Assembly: GCA_946493085.1 (NCBI GenBank)
Contig: CAMMAC010000003.1
Span: 452 to 64,451 of the forward strand
Reading direction: 5' to 3'
Source of the DNA: an uncultured Clostridiaceae bacterium
GTDB lineage: Bacteria; Bacillota; Clostridia; TANB77; CAG-508
DNA length: 64,000 bases
Of the stretch, positions 18,431 through 28,645 are shown in pieces. The position numbers and the translations under genes were made by a program. Positions within the stretch are counted from its first letter, which is position 1. Each line of letters opens with the position of its first letter. A model generated the notes under the pieces. It ran no database searches, was not told the origin of the DNA, and saw nothing but the letters and a program-made list of their open reading frames with translations.

Positions 18431-19288
18431 ATGGAGCGTTATGAAATTACCAAAAAAGCTGGAATTTTAGGAATTTTAGGAAATATTTTTTTATTAATGA
18501 TAAAAGGAAGCATTGGTTTTATGACACATAGCCAAGCGATGATTGCTGATAGTGCCAATAGTGCCGGTGATATTTTTGCTTCTTTAATGACATGGATAGG
18601 CAACAAAATTGCTAGTGAACCTCAAGATGACTCTCACAACTTTGGACATGGAAAAGCAGAATATATCTTTTCTTTATTTATTAGCCTTTCTATGTTAGCT
18701 GTCGCTTTTAAGCTACTATACGACTCCATTTTTTCTCTTATTTTTGGAAGTCAAATGACCTTTTCTTGGCTATTAGTGATTGTTTGTATCATTACTATCG
18801 TTGTAAAAATCGCTCTTTATTTTTATACCAGCAATCTAGCAAAAAAATGCCAAAACATTTTATTAGAGGCTAATAGAAAAGACCATCGTAACGACTGCAT
18901 TGTTACTACTTTTACTCTTATCTCTGTTCTTGCTTCTCTTATTTCTTGGAACTGGGTAGATGGTCTTGTGGGAATTGGCATTTCTATTTGGATTGCCTAT
19001 ACTGGTCTTAAAATTTTAATAGAAAGTTATAATGTATTAATGGACCGCTCTATCGACGAAGACACTAAAAATTTAATTTTACAAATTGTTCAAAACTGTG
19101 AGCAGGTGCAAAAAATAAGTCATTTTTATACTACTCCTGTTGGTTATCAATATATGGTAATCCTTACGATTTCCGTGGATGGGAATTTATCTACTTTTGA
19201 AAGCCATGCACTAGCTGATCAATTAGAAAAAGAGATTTCTAAATTAGATAAAGTATATCAGACACAAATTCATGTAAATCCGGTGTAA
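18431..19288 (+). CDS. Cation diffusion facilitator family transporter
   Basis: Start MERYEITKK behind RBS aaaaggag. Six TM segments. Motifs ADSANSAGD and HNFGHGKAE, and a C-terminal cytoplasmic domain. The upstream part of ORF 18245 is treated as leader. Confidence 0.85.
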   Translation: MERYEITKKAGILGILGNIFLLMIKGSIGFMTHSQAMIADSANSAGDIFASLMTWIGNKIASEPQDDSHNFGHGKAEYIFSLFISLSMLAVAFKLLYDSIFSLIFGSQMTFSWLLVIVCIITIVVKIALYFYTSNLAKKCQNILLEANRKDHRNDCIVTTFTLISVLASLISWNWVDGLVGIGISIWIAYTGLKILIESYNVLMDRSIDEDTKNLILQIVQNCEQVQKISHFYTTPVGYQYMVILTISVDGNLSTFESHALADQLEKEISKLDKVYQTQIHVNPV

Positions 19289-19307
19289 ATATGTTTATTT
19301 TTCTACT

Positions 19308-19354
19308 AAAAAAGGAACACACTACGTTTTTTATACGAAATGTGTTCCTTTTTA
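19308..19354. terminator. Bidirectional terminator between the CDF gene and clpC
   Basis: Hairpin aaggaacaca / tgtgttcctt, flanked by an A-run and a T-run. Confidence 0.65.
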
Positions 19355-19364
19355 TTCCTATTTA

Positions 19365-21857
19365 TTATTTTTTTACTTCTTCAGCTATACGAATTTCTCC
19401 GTCTTCTCCTACTGTCATTTTTGTTTTATGTCCTTTTTGAATAACACCATCTAATATGCCTTCTGCTATTTTATCTTCTACCATAGTTTGGATAGTTCTT
19501 CTTAATGGTCTTGCACCAAAGTTTTGGTCTATTCCCTTTTCCATAATTTTGTCTTTTACTGCCTCGTCTATTTCTATAGAAATATCTTGTTTTTCCATTC
19601 GTTTTTGTACTTCTTTTAGCATAATATCTACAATTTGTAGCATTTCTTGTTTTTGTAACTTATGGAATACAATAATTTCATCAATACGATTAATAAACTC
19701 TGGTCTAAACTGTCTTTTTAGCTCTGCCATTACTTCTTTTTTGATGTCTTCATATTCCTTTTGCTCTTCTTTGTCTTCGTCCTTTTTGTTTTCGGCAAAT
19801 CCTAAAGATTTTTTATCTGTAATTAGTCTCGCTCCTACGTTAGAGGTCATAATAATAACTGTATTTTTGAAGTTTACTACTCTACCATTACTATCTGTTA
19901 GACGTCCATCATCTAATATTTGAAGTAACATATTCATTACATCTGGATGTGCTTTTTCAATTTCATCAAATAGGATAACAGAATATGGTTGTCTTCTTAT
20001 TTTTTCTGTTAGCTGTCCTCCCTCATCGTATCCTACATACCCTGGAGGAGAACCAATTAATTTGGCTACAGAATGTGGTTCCATATATTCTGACATATCA
20101 ATACGAATCATACTATCGCTACTTCCAAATAAACTTTGTGCTAGTGCTTTAGAAAGCTCTGTTTTTCCTACACCAGTAGGTCCTAAGAATAGGAAAGAAC
20201 CAATTGGTCTATTGGGATCTTGAAGTCCTACTCTGCTACGTCTAATGGCTTTTGCCACAGCCTCTACTGCCTCATTTTGTCCTACCACTCTTTCATGCAA
20301 TGTTTTCTCTAAATTTTTTAATTTTACATTCTCATCTTCTGTAATTTTTTGCACTGGAATTCTCGTCCAATTGCTAATGACTTCTGCAATATCTTCTGCT
20401 GTTAATTGCACAACAGATTTACTGTTTTTATTTGCCCATTTTTGTTTTTCTTTTTCTAATTTTTCCTCACTACTATGTTGTTTATCCCTTAATTTTGCTG
20501 CTTTTTCAAAATCTTGTTTTCGAATTGCTTCTTCTTTATCTTTCTTAATTGTCTCTATACTTTCTTCTAAAGTTTTTATACTATCTGGCATCGTATATGT
20601 TTTCATTCTTACACGAGAAGCTGCCTCATCTATTAAATCTATTGCTTTATCTGGCAAAAATCTATCGTTAATATATCTTACAGATAAATTAACTGCTGCC
20701 TCTATGGCTTCTTCGGTAATTTTTACATTATGATGTGCTTCATATTTATCACTTAATCCCTCTAGTATTTTAATGGTATCCTCTGTTGTTGGCTCTGCTA
20801 CTGTAACAGGGCTAAATCTTCTTTCCAAGGCACTATCTTTTTCAATATATTTTCTATATTCATTTAGAGTAGTAGCACCTATTACTTGTACTTCTCCTCT
20901 TGCTAATAATGGTTTTAAAATATTGGCTGCATCTACTGCTCCTTCTGCAGAACCTGCTCCTACTATGGTATGAATTTCGTCAATGAATAAAATAACATCT
21001 CCTGCTTTTCTTACTTCATTTAAACATTTTTTTATTCTTTCCTCAAAATCTCCTCTATACTTTGCCCCTGCAACCATGCTAGAAATATCTAAGCTTACTA
21101 CTCTTTTGCCCTTTAATGGTTCTGGCACATCTTCTGCCACAATTCTTTGTGCCAAACCTTCTACTACTGCTGTTTTTCCTACTCCTGGTTCTCCTATTAA
21201 ACAAGGATTATTTTTGGTTCTTCTAGATAAAATTTGGGTTACTCTTTCTATTTCATTTTTTCTTCCTATTACTGGGTCTAACTTTCCTTCTTCTGCTTGT
21301 TTTGTTAAATCACTACCAAATTGATTTAGTGTAGTTGTTTGATGGAAGCTATTATTGGTTTTACTATTTCCTTTTGCTTGATCTATTTTACCGACAGCAT
21401 CATCTTCATTAATCACTTTTACAATTTCATTGTATAGTCTTTGTGGGTTTACTTGTAAATTTAGCATAATTCTAACTGCAATGCTATCGCCTTCTCTCAT
21501 AATACCAATTAATAGATGTTCTGTTCCTATGTAGTCTGCTCCTAATTTACGAGCCTCCACAAATGCATTTTCTATCACTCTTTTTGTTCTTGGCGTAAAA
21601 CCAATGCTTCTATTTTCTGTTTGTGTACCTTCTTCTCCTCTACCTACTAAATCCTCAATTTCATTTAAGATAGCCTCTGGTGTTACTCCTTGGTTTTCTA
21701 ATACTTTACTAGCCACACCACTACCTTCTTTTGCTAAGCCATATAAAAGATGTTCTGTTCCCATATAATCATGACCTAATTCTATTGCAAGCTGATTGGC
21801 TATTTCTATTGCCTTTTCAGCTCTTTTTGTAAATTTATAATACATCATACGCTTCAC
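19365..21857 (-). CDS. clpC: ATP-dependent Clp protease ATP-binding subunit ClpC
   Basis: 830 aa. Clp-N repeats, two Walker A sites ([16 protein letters not shown]) and a UVR-like linker (EKAAKLRDK). Follows ctsR-mcsA-mcsB. Confidence 0.95.
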   Translation of the reverse strand: MKRMMYYKFTKRAEKAIEIANQLAIELGHDYMGTEHLLYGLAKEGSGVASKVLENQGVTPEAILNEIEDLVGRGEEGTQTENRSIGFTPRTKRVIENAFVEARKLGADYIGTEHLLIGIMREGDSIAVRIMLNLQVNPQRLYNEIVKVINEDDAVGKIDQAKGNSKTNNSFHQTTTLNQFGSDLTKQAEEGKLDPVIGRKNEIERVTQILSRRTKNNPCLIGEPGVGKTAVVEGLAQRIVAEDVPEPLKGKRVVSLDISSMVAGAKYRGDFEERIKKCLNEVRKAGDVILFIDEIHTIVGAGSAEGAVDAANILKPLLARGEVQVIGATTLNEYRKYIEKDSALERRFSPVTVAEPTTEDTIKILEGLSDKYEAHHNVKITEEAIEAAVNLSVRYINDRFLPDKAIDLIDEAASRVRMKTYTMPDSIKTLEESIETIKKDKEEAIRKQDFEKAAKLRDKQHSSEEKLEKEKQKWANKNSKSVVQLTAEDIAEVISNWTRIPVQKITEDENVKLKNLEKTLHERVVGQNEAVEAVAKAIRRSRVGLQDPNRPIGSFLFLGPTGVGKTELSKALAQSLFGSSDSMIRIDMSEYMEPHSVAKLIGSPPGYVGYDEGGQLTEKIRRQPYSVILFDEIEKAHPDVMNMLLQILDDGRLTDSNGRVVNFKNTVIIMTSNVGARLITDKKSLGFAENKKDEDKEEQKEYEDIKKEVMAELKRQFRPEFINRIDEIIVFHKLQKQEMLQIVDIMLKEVQKRMEKQDISIEIDEAVKDKIMEKGIDQNFGARPLRRTIQTMVEDKIAEGILDGVIQKGHKTKMTVGEDGEIRIAEEVKK

Positions 21858-21863
21858 TCCTTC

Positions 21864-22883
21864 CTAACCTATAATTTGTTTTACTACTTTTGCTCTTTCT
21901 AAGTCTCTTTCAAAACCAGTTAACGCTTTTCCTACTCTTTTTTGTAGATTTGCTGGTTTTAAATATAGCTCTAACTCTTTTACTTTGCTGTCTGTTAACT
22001 CCTCTATAATACCTAAGTCTGTTCCTAATTTAACATCAGATAATAAATCTTCTGCTTCTTCCGAATTTATTTTGCTTGCATAACGCAAAATACCAAAAGA
22101 TCTATACACCCTATTTTCTAGTTCTATAGGGTCTTTTCTTAGATATTTTCTTGCTAATCTTTCTTGCTCTACTACCTTTTTCGTAATATTTTCTAAATTG
22201 CTAATAATTTCTTTTTCTGTAATACCTAAGGTCTGATTGTTAGAAATTTGATACATATCTCCTTGACTTTTGGTATCTTCTCCATAGACGCCTCGAATCG
22301 TCATACCAAAATTATTGACAATATGCAAAATTTTAGAAATATTGCCTGTTAATTTTAAAGCTGGCAAATGTACCATAACAGATGCTCTAAGACCTGTTCC
22401 TACATTGGTAGGGCACGCCGTTAAATAACCATATTCCCTGCTACAAGAAAATGATAGCATTTCGTCCATTTTTTCTTCTATCTCTATGGCTAATTGCATT
22501 GTGTTTTGTAATTCTAGCCCTGCACTGAACACTTGCATACGAAGGTGATCTTCTTCATTTAGCATAATACAAATATTTTCTTCTTTGTTTAATAAAATGC
22601 CTATATTTTCTTGGTCTTTTCTTAAAGCCATTTCTGGACTAATTAAATGTTTTTCTACTAAGCTCATTTTGGTCACATCGTCCATATCTTTCATGGCAAA
22701 ATATTGCAATCCATATCCTATACTTGGTGTAATATATTTTACTTTTTCTAATATCTCTTGTTTTTGCTTATCTGTCGCCTTTGTCTCAAAAGGAATCCCT
22801 TTTATATTTCTAGCCAAACGAATTCTGGAACTTACTACAATATCACCATCTGTTTTTCCTGTTTCTAAATACCAACTTGCCAT
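21864..22883 (-). CDS. mcsB: Protein arginine kinase
   Basis: 339 aa. Phosphagen-kinase-like motifs RLARN, NEEDHLR and CPTNVGTGLRAS. Confidence 0.9.
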   Translation of the reverse strand: MASWYLETGKTDGDIVVSSRIRLARNIKGIPFETKATDKQKQEILEKVKYITPSIGYGLQYFAMKDMDDVTKMSLVEKHLISPEMALRKDQENIGILLNKEENICIMLNEEDHLRMQVFSAGLELQNTMQLAIEIEEKMDEMLSFSCSREYGYLTACPTNVGTGLRASVMVHLPALKLTGNISKILHIVNNFGMTIRGVYGEDTKSQGDMYQISNNQTLGITEKEIISNLENITKKVVEQERLARKYLRKDPIELENRVYRSFGILRYASKINSEEAEDLLSDVKLGTDLGIIEELTDSKVKELELYLKPANLQKRVGKALTGFERDLERAKVVKQIIG

Positions 22884-23473
22884 TATTTGCCTCCTTTTTC
22901 ACTATTTTCTATTCTTTTTATTTCATCTCTTGTTTTTGCTGCATCTTCATAGCGTTCTTCTTTAATCTCTTTCTCTAGCCTTTTCTTTAAACTTTGTAGT
23001 TTTTCTTCCTCTTCTGACATTTTCTTGTCTTCTTGTTTTGTTATTTCTTTTGCTTTATTTGTTGCTTCTGTTTTTTCATTTAAGACTCTACTTACTCTTC
23101 CTACATGTCTATTAGAACCATGAATATTTTTTAACAAAGGATCAATTTTACTAGAAAAATTTTCATAACATTCTTCACATCCAAATTTTCCTTCTTTTAA
23201 GAAATCATCATAGGTACTGTTACAATTTTCACAAAGCAATGTTTGTGGTGCCATAAAGTTTGTCATAAAATTACTTTCTGACTCATATGGCTCTAAAAAG
23301 TCACTTAAAAAACTAGAAAAGCTAATTGGCATATTAAAATGAATATCTTCTACTCCCAATTCTTTTGCACAATTTTCACAAAGAGACATCTCTTTCTTTA
23401 CTCCATTAATAATCTGCGTATATTTTATATTTGCTTCTCTTTTTCCACAATTTTGACACAACATAATAATCAC
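22883..23473 (-). CDS. mcsA: Protein arginine kinase activator (zinc-finger/UVR protein)
   Basis: Four CxxC pairs (CQNC, CENC, CENC, CEEC) and a C-terminal UVR motif (EERYEDAAKTRDEI). Confidence 0.85.
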   Translation of the reverse strand: MIIMLCQNCGKREANIKYTQIINGVKKEMSLCENCAKELGVEDIHFNMPISFSSFLSDFLEPYESESNFMTNFMAPQTLLCENCNSTYDDFLKEGKFGCEECYENFSSKIDPLLKNIHGSNRHVGRVSRVLNEKTEATNKAKEITKQEDKKMSEEEEKLQSLKKRLEKEIKEERYEDAAKTRDEIKRIENSEKGGK

Positions 23474-23477
23474 TCCT

Positions 23478-23924
23478 TTAAATTAAATTTAATATCATAT
23501 TTTTAAAGATTTTTGCTCTAATTTTATCTCTATCTGGTTGCGAGATAGTTAGTACATTATCACTAGTAGCTACTTTTAATAGCTTAGCTTCTTCTTCTGT
23601 AATCATATCGTAAGACAAAAAGTTACTAATAAAAATATCCACTTCTTGTGCTGTTAAAGTTTCATCCATACTAGCTATAATATGCATAAAATATTTACTT
23701 TTGCTTAAGTTTATCTTTTTGATGGTGATATGCCCACCACCTCCACGTTTACTTTCTACATAATAGCCTTGTGATGGTTTAAATCTTGTAGCAATTACGT
23801 AGTTAATTTGAGATGGCACACAATTAAAATGTTCTGCTAAATCATTTCTTTGTATTTCTACATAATCATCATCTTCGCGAAATAGTTCTTTAATAAATTC
23901 TTCTATTTGATCTGTAATTCTCAT
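23478..23924 (-). CDS. ctsR: Class III stress-gene repressor CtsR
   Basis: 148 aa. Motifs QINYVIATRF and ESKRGGGG. First gene of the ctsR-mcsA-mcsB-clpC operon. Confidence 0.9.
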   Translation of the reverse strand: MRITDQIEEFIKELFREDDDYVEIQRNDLAEHFNCVPSQINYVIATRFKPSQGYYVESKRGGGGHITIKKINLSKSKYFMHIIASMDETLTAQEVDIFISNFLSYDMITEEEAKLLKVATSDNVLTISQPDRDKIRAKIFKNMILNLI

Positions 23925-23943
23925 CTCGTCACCTCTTTTACAT

Positions 23944-23967
23944 TTTGACTTTGACTTTCTTTGACCT
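23944..23967 (-). promoter_or_regulatory. CtsR operator (heptad direct repeat)
   Basis: On the minus strand: GGTCAAA-GAA-AGTCAAA-GTCAAAA. This matches the consensus A/GGTCAAAnanA/GGTCAAA and lies directly downstream of the -10. Confidence 0.85.
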
Positions 23968-23976
23968 TCATTATTT

Positions 23977-24004
23977 ATTATACTCTTTCTTTTTCGTTTG
24001 TCAA
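23977..24004 (-). promoter_or_regulatory. Sigma-A promoter of the ctsR operon
   Basis: On the minus strand: TTGACA (24004-23999), 16 nt spacer, TATAAT (23982-23977). Confidence 0.75.
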
Positions 24005-24034
24005 TAGTTTTTTCAAAATTTTTTGTACTTTAGC

Positions 24035-24063
24035 TGCAATTTAGGGACGTTCTTTAAAGTTCA
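24035..24063. repeat. 29-nt palindromic repeat, copy D
   Basis: tgcaatttagggacgttctttaaagttca. Lies between the P6 stop (24100) and the ctsR promoter. Confidence 0.75.
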
Positions 24064-24099
24064 AAACGCCCCTTTTCTCTTTATTAATTTATTTCTTGA

Positions 24100-25488
24100 C
24101 TATCTAATATAAAGCACTACACGGAAACCTACAAAATAACCAGTCCACCAAACGTGATCAGCACGACAGCGATAGCACACAGGTCTAGAAGAAGAATTAT
24201 AAATAAATCCTCCTCCACGAAACTCTCCATATTGTGAATTTTCTAAGTAAGATGAGGTTTCTTCAGTCCACTCCCATAAGTTTCCTGCTACATCATATAT
24301 ATGATATACTTGTGCTATTTTACTAGCGCCTGTTGTTAATAACTCTCCGTTATCACTACTATAAGTTGTTGTTGTCCCACTTGTTACCGTTCCAAATGGT
24401 TCTATTGTCCAAGCACTTGAATTTGCTCTTGCTAATCTTCCTGTATAGGATATGCTATTATTTATATAATTTCCCCATACGCCTGAATTTGTTAAATCAG
24501 TTTCTGTTAATGTAACTTTACTATCTCCTGTTGTTTCGCCTATCGTTTTTCCTATCATTTTCTTTAACATTACATCCCATTGTGTTCCTGTAATTAATCC
24601 ACTGCTCACATATTGACTATCATACATACTTTCTGCATTTGCTTTTGCATGTGTCCAATCAATAAACATCCAAGGCACCACACCTGCTTTACTTTGTGGA
24701 ACTCCATCTAAATTATATATTTGATTTGAAGCAGTATGTTTTTGAACTGTTGTAAATTCTGTAATTGTATTTGCAAGTCCTGCCTCATATCTTCCTACAT
24801 AAAAACCTCCATATTTTTTTACTTGTGCTAATTCTGCACTTGGTGTTGTTGTATTCCACCAAGCATTGGCCAAAGTTGTATTTGTTTGAGTTATTCCATT
24901 CCATACATTGCTTTTTTTATATTCACTTGTAGTACATGGTATCCATACAAATTGATTTCCTTTTAAATTTCTCGTATATTCCCAAGTAGTTTTATCTGTA
25001 ATACCATCATATTCATCATCTGCATTATCTGAAATAATTACTCCTGTGGATAAGCTTCCTCCTACATAATAAAAACCTTTTGGTACTGGAATGGTATTAC
25101 CTTCTTCGTCTTTTATTTCATACACACTCGATTCACTTGTATTTAAACTTCTGATATTGTTTGCCATGGTATCACTACTATCTGTTTCTGAGGTCTGTAT
25201 GCCTTTTTCTGTAATAGCCTCAGCTATCTTTCTTTTGAATTCTATAAAGGATTCTAAAACTTCTCCTTCTGTGCCTAATTCTATCTCATTTGTCATGTCG
25301 GTATATAATTGATTTAAAGAAATTTGCTCTTCTATTTGTGCTAATTCTATATTTTCTCTTGCTTCTTTGGCTTTTGTAATAATTCCATTATCTCCTACTA
25401 AGGTAGAGATACTAACTCCTGCTAGAATAATTAACACAACAATTGTTACTGCAAGTGTCACTAATGTAATTGCTTTTTCTTCTTTCAT
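24100..25488 (-). CDS. Pilin-like protein P6 with C-terminal FGE-sulfatase (SUMF1/C-type-lectin-fold) domain
   Basis: 462 aa. N-terminus MKEEKA|ITLVTLAVTIVVLIILAGVS..GDNGII. Mid module AITEKGIQTSETDSSDTMANNI. C-terminal motifs GGFYVGRYEAG, YDVAGNLWEWTEE, FRGGGF and GFRVV are typical of the FGE-sulfatase family. Confidence 0.8.
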   Translation of the reverse strand: MKEEKAITLVTLAVTIVVLIILAGVSISTLVGDNGIITKAKEARENIELAQIEEQISLNQLYTDMTNEIELGTEGEVLESFIEFKRKIAEAITEKGIQTSETDSSDTMANNIRSLNTSESSVYEIKDEEGNTIPVPKGFYYVGGSLSTGVIISDNADDEYDGITDKTTWEYTRNLKGNQFVWIPCTTSEYKKSNVWNGITQTNTTLANAWWNTTTPSAELAQVKKYGGFYVGRYEAGLANTITEFTTVQKHTASNQIYNLDGVPQSKAGVVPWMFIDWTHAKANAESMYDSQYVSSGLITGTQWDVMLKKMIGKTIGETTGDSKVTLTETDLTNSGVWGNYINNSISYTGRLARANSSAWTIEPFGTVTSGTTTTYSSDNGELLTTGASKIAQVYHIYDVAGNLWEWTEETSSYLENSQYGEFRGGGFIYNSSSRPVCYRCRADHVWWTGYFVGFRVVLYIR

Positions 25489-25838
25489 GTTTCTTTCTCT
25501 CCTTTTTTCTTATGCTTCTTTCTCTATGCTATTTTCTTTTTCTTCACTCGTTTTTGCAATTACATTTATGTTATTTTGTTATTATTATTCTTTTTTTGTC
25601 ATATTCTCCATTCTTTTGGCTAATTTTTTTTGCGTATCTAAAGTCAGCCATGAAAAATAAGAAGAAACAAATTCCCCATACTTTGTTACATCTTCACTTG
25701 TATAATGATACGCATCTATAGAACGCGCATATCTGTTTTGTTCTTTTTCCATAAAAAATGCACCTCCTCTTATTTAAGAGTGTGCATTTTCTCCCGAATT
25801 TATTCTTGTAGTTTTTGCCTTTCTATTTTAGCAAATTT

Positions 25839-26723
25839 TTAAGTTAATTTCTTTTGAAATTTAAAGTTCAAAGCCTCTGCTACGCCATCATGATCGTTAT
25901 CTGCTACTATTTTATCAGCGACTTCCTTTACCTTTGAGTTACTTTCTCCCATGGCTACGCCCATTCCTGCATTTTTTATCATCTCTATGTCATTCGCATT
26001 GTCTCCAATTGCCATAATTTCTTCTTTCTTTATATTTAATCGTTTTGCTAAATCTTCAATGGCTCCCCATTTATCTACATTTTTATTTGTAATTTCTGTA
26101 TAATGATATTCTACTAATACATCTTTTGTTCCATCTTTTATGATTTTTCTAGACATATGTGCTACATCCAACACTTCTACATTCTTTACGTTTTTTAGTT
26201 TTTGCATAATACTTTTAAAAACGATAGGATTTCCGTCACAAATTGTTATTTTTAAATAATTTTGATTCTCACTTTGTTTTACATAATCATATATATTTTG
26301 CATTAAATTGATTCTTACTTTTTTATCCTCCGGTTTTTTTGCATTTTCTTGGTGAAAAAAGAGTATATTATAATTAAGAGATTTGGTAATAATACAATCT
26401 TCTCTATATATAGCATAAAAAATACTATTTTCTTCACATATTTTTATGATTTGCAATACTTTTGCTTTTTCTAAAAATCGATTATAAATAACTTCATTTT
26501 TTTCCATATCATAAGTAATGGCTCCATTTCCACATATAATATATGGTCCACATCCACATTCTAATGCTAAGCTTTTTACAGAGGCGATTGGTCTTCCAGA
26601 AGTAAGTACTATTTGAACTCCATTTTCTACTGCCTTTTGGATACTTTCTTTATTTTTTGTGGAAACTTCTCCGTAAGAATTTAATAATGTTCCATCTAAA
26701 TCAATGGCAACTAATCCATACAT
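25839..26723 (-). CDS. Cof-type HAD-IIB phosphatase
   Basis: Start MYGLVAIDLDGTLL (DxDGT motif) behind RBS aaggag. Also TSGRP and GDNANDIEM. The ORF extension up to 26825 is treated as non-coding. Confidence 0.85.
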   Translation of the reverse strand: MYGLVAIDLDGTLLNSYGEVSTKNKESIQKAVENGVQIVLTSGRPIASVKSLALECGCGPYIICGNGAITYDMEKNEVIYNRFLEKAKVLQIIKICEENSIFYAIYREDCIITKSLNYNILFFHQENAKKPEDKKVRINLMQNIYDYVKQSENQNYLKITICDGNPIVFKSIMQKLKNVKNVEVLDVAHMSRKIIKDGTKDVLVEYHYTEITNKNVDKWGAIEDLAKRLNIKKEEIMAIGDNANDIEMIKNAGMGVAMGESNSKVKEVADKIVADNDHDGVAEALNFKFQKKLT

Positions 26724-26854
26724 ATATATTTTATCTCCTTTTCTTCTGCATTTTACCACACTTTTAATAAAGTTACAATTATTTTCTCCTATTCGTGGAA
26801 AAATAATCATAACACATATTTCCACTTTTTTCTACATTTTTTAAAAAATTTCCA

Positions 26855-26883
26855 GTTTATTTTTTCTTATTTCGTGCACTCTA
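26855..26883 (+). promoter_or_regulatory. Forespore (sigma-G/F-type) promoter of SASP gene 1
   Basis: GTTTA-17 nt-CACTCTA fits GHATR-N17-18-CATxxTA. The surrounding ~45 nt are duplicated upstream of SASP gene 2. Confidence 0.6.
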
Positions 26884-26948
26884 AATAATGAAAAAACATA
26901 TTTCGTTTTTTCTTAATCACAGAATATATATTCTAGGAGGTGAAAATA

Positions 26949-27149
26949 ATGACAAATTCTAATTATAAAGTAGTTCCAGAAGCAAGAGAAGCTTTAAATA
27001 AATTCAAATATGAAGTCGCTTCAGAAGTTGGTGTAACTTTAAAAGACGGATATAATGGAGATTTATCTTCAAGAGATGCTGGTAGAATTGGTGGTAACAT
27101 GGTTAGAAAGCTAATTGAAACAGCAGAAAGACAAATGGCTGGTAAATAG
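26949..27149 (+). CDS. Alpha/beta-type small acid-soluble spore protein
   Basis: MTNSNYKVVPEAREALNKFKYEVASEVGV..GGNMVRKLIE is the canonical alpha/beta SASP signature. RBS aggaggtg. Confidence 0.92.
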   Translation: MTNSNYKVVPEAREALNKFKYEVASEVGVTLKDGYNGDLSSRDAGRIGGNMVRKLIETAERQMAGK

Positions 27150-27241
27150 TTTTATTATTTAAAAACAGGAATGGATTTTTTGCCTTTAATTTTGTAAAGA
27201 CAAGGAATGGGTTCCTGTTTTTTATTTTCAAAAAATTTCCA

Positions 27242-27270
27242 GTTTATTTTTTTCTACTTTGTACATTCTA
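27242..27270 (+). promoter_or_regulatory. Forespore (sigma-G/F-type) promoter of SASP gene 2
   Basis: GTTTA-17 nt-CATTCTA. Confidence 0.6.
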
Positions 27271-27323
27271 TATAATGAAAAGTAAATTTTCAAATTTTAA
27301 ATTTTCAGGAGGTGAAATGAAAA

Positions 27324-27518
27324 ATGACAAATAGCAATAAAAAAGTAATTCCAGAAGCAAGAGAAGCTCTAAACAAATTCAAATATGAAGTTGCTTCAGA
27401 AGTTGGTGTAAATTTAAAAGATGGATATAATGGAAATATCTCTTCAAGAGATGCTGGTAGAATTGGTGGTAACATGGTTAGAAAATTAATAGAACAAGCT
27501 GAAAGCCAAATGAAATAG
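27324..27518 (+). CDS. Alpha/beta-type small acid-soluble spore protein (paralog)
   Basis: 64 aa, highly similar to the product of 26949-27149. RBS aggaggtg. Confidence 0.92.
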   Translation: MTNSNKKVIPEAREALNKFKYEVASEVGVNLKDGYNGNISSRDAGRIGGNMVRKLIEQAESQMK

Positions 27519-27521
27519 CAT

Positions 27522-27548
27522 AAAAAAGAGCCATAATGGCTCTTTTTT
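27522..27548. terminator. Bidirectional terminator between SASP gene 2 and hpf
   Basis: aaaaaagagccat-a-atggctctttttt. Confidence 0.75.
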
Positions 27549-28083
27549 ATGCCTCTGGTTCTACTAAACCAAAATTCTTTCCATCTTTTAAACGATAAAT
27601 AACATTTACTTTTTCTGTTTCTATATTAATAAATGCTAAAAATTGATTTTGTGGTTTTGCTTCTAATTCTAATTTTGCATCTTCTGCTGCCATTGGCTTA
27701 ATGGTATAATAAATTGTTTTTATAATTTCATCTTCTATTGGATGTTCTTCTATTTGGTTTAAAGATTCCTTCAAACGAATAGATTCTGTCATATTTTGCT
27801 TATCTTTTTTGGTTTTCATTTTTCTAACTTGACCTTCTAAAATATCGATATCTTTATCAATAGAAGCATATAAATCTTTGTGTGCTGTTACGGCTCTGAA
27901 AGTATCCCCTTCAGCTGTTGTAACATTCATTTCTGCCACTTGTTCATTTCCTTCTGTTTTGATAGTAGCCAATACATTAAATTCTTCTCCAAAATATTTG
28001 TTTAATCTTTCTAATTTCCTTTCTATATAATCTTTAATGGATTCTGTAGCTTTTAGCTCTTTTCCTGTTATTTTAATATTCAT
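27547..28083 (-). CDS. hpf: Ribosome hibernation promoting factor (long form)
   Basis: 178 aa. N-terminal S30AE domain (MNIKITGKELKATESIKDYIERKLERLNKYF) and a C-terminal dimerisation domain (FLAFINIETEKVNVIYRLKDGKNFGLVEP). Confidence 0.9.
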   Translation of the reverse strand: MNIKITGKELKATESIKDYIERKLERLNKYFGEEFNVLATIKTEGNEQVAEMNVTTAEGDTFRAVTAHKDLYASIDKDIDILEGQVRKMKTKKDKQNMTESIRLKESLNQIEEHPIEDEIIKTIYYTIKPMAAEDAKLELEAKPQNQFLAFINIETEKVNVIYRLKDGKNFGLVEPEA

Positions 28084-28304
28084 AACAATCGCTCCTTTCT
28101 GTTTTGTTCTTTTGTTATTTTTGTATCTTTATTATACCTTGTTTTCTAAAATATTTCAAACATTTTCCTTATTTTTTTATGATATTTACAAAATTTTCAT
28201 AAATTTTAAGTTTATTTTGTTATGAACTCTTGCAAAATTAGCTTTTTTATGGTAGAATTTTATTTGCTATATTGTAGCAAACGTAAAAAGGGAGGTGCAA
28301 AAGG

Positions 28305-28571
28305 ATGCCAAATATTAAATCAGCTATCAAACGTGTTAATGTAATTGAAAAGAAAACATTAAGAAATAATATGATAAAATCAGCTTACAAAACAGCTATT
28401 AGAAGATTTGAGGAAGCATTAGCTACTGGAAATAAAGAAGAAGCTACTAAACTATTTTCAGAAGCTACTAAGAAAATCGACCAAGCTTGTACAAAAGGTG
28501 TTATCGTAAAAAACACTGCTGCTAGAAAAAAATCAAATTTAGCTAAAAAATTAAATGCCATTGGTGCATAA
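28305..28571 (+). CDS. rpsT: 30S ribosomal protein S20
   Basis: [11 protein letters not shown]....[14 protein letters not shown]. 88 aa. RBS gggaggtg. Confidence 0.95.
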   Translation: MPNIKSAIKRVNVIEKKTLRNNMIKSAYKTAIRRFEEALATGNKEEATKLFSEATKKIDQACTKGVIVKNTAARKKSNLAKKLNAIGA

Positions 28572-28603
28572 AAAATAAAAGATTGTGCACAGTTTTTTAT
28601 TTT

Positions 28604-28631
28604 ATCACTCTTGCAAAAGAGTGATTTTTTT
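28604..28631 (+). terminator. Rho-independent terminator after rpsT
   Basis: atcactctt-gcaa-aagagtgat followed by T7. Confidence 0.75.
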
Positions 28632-28645
28632 GCCTTATATTTCCA

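Noticed and set aside
25585-25752. A 55-aa minus-strand ORF (MEKEQNRYARSIDAYHYTSEDVTKYGEF...) between the HAD gene and P6, below the track cut-off.
   Set aside because: Its putative RBS is part of the HAD terminator stem. Its 3' half overlaps the region homologous to the family promoter spacer (AGCCAAAAGAATGG). No family resemblance was found. It is probably non-coding upstream DNA of P6.
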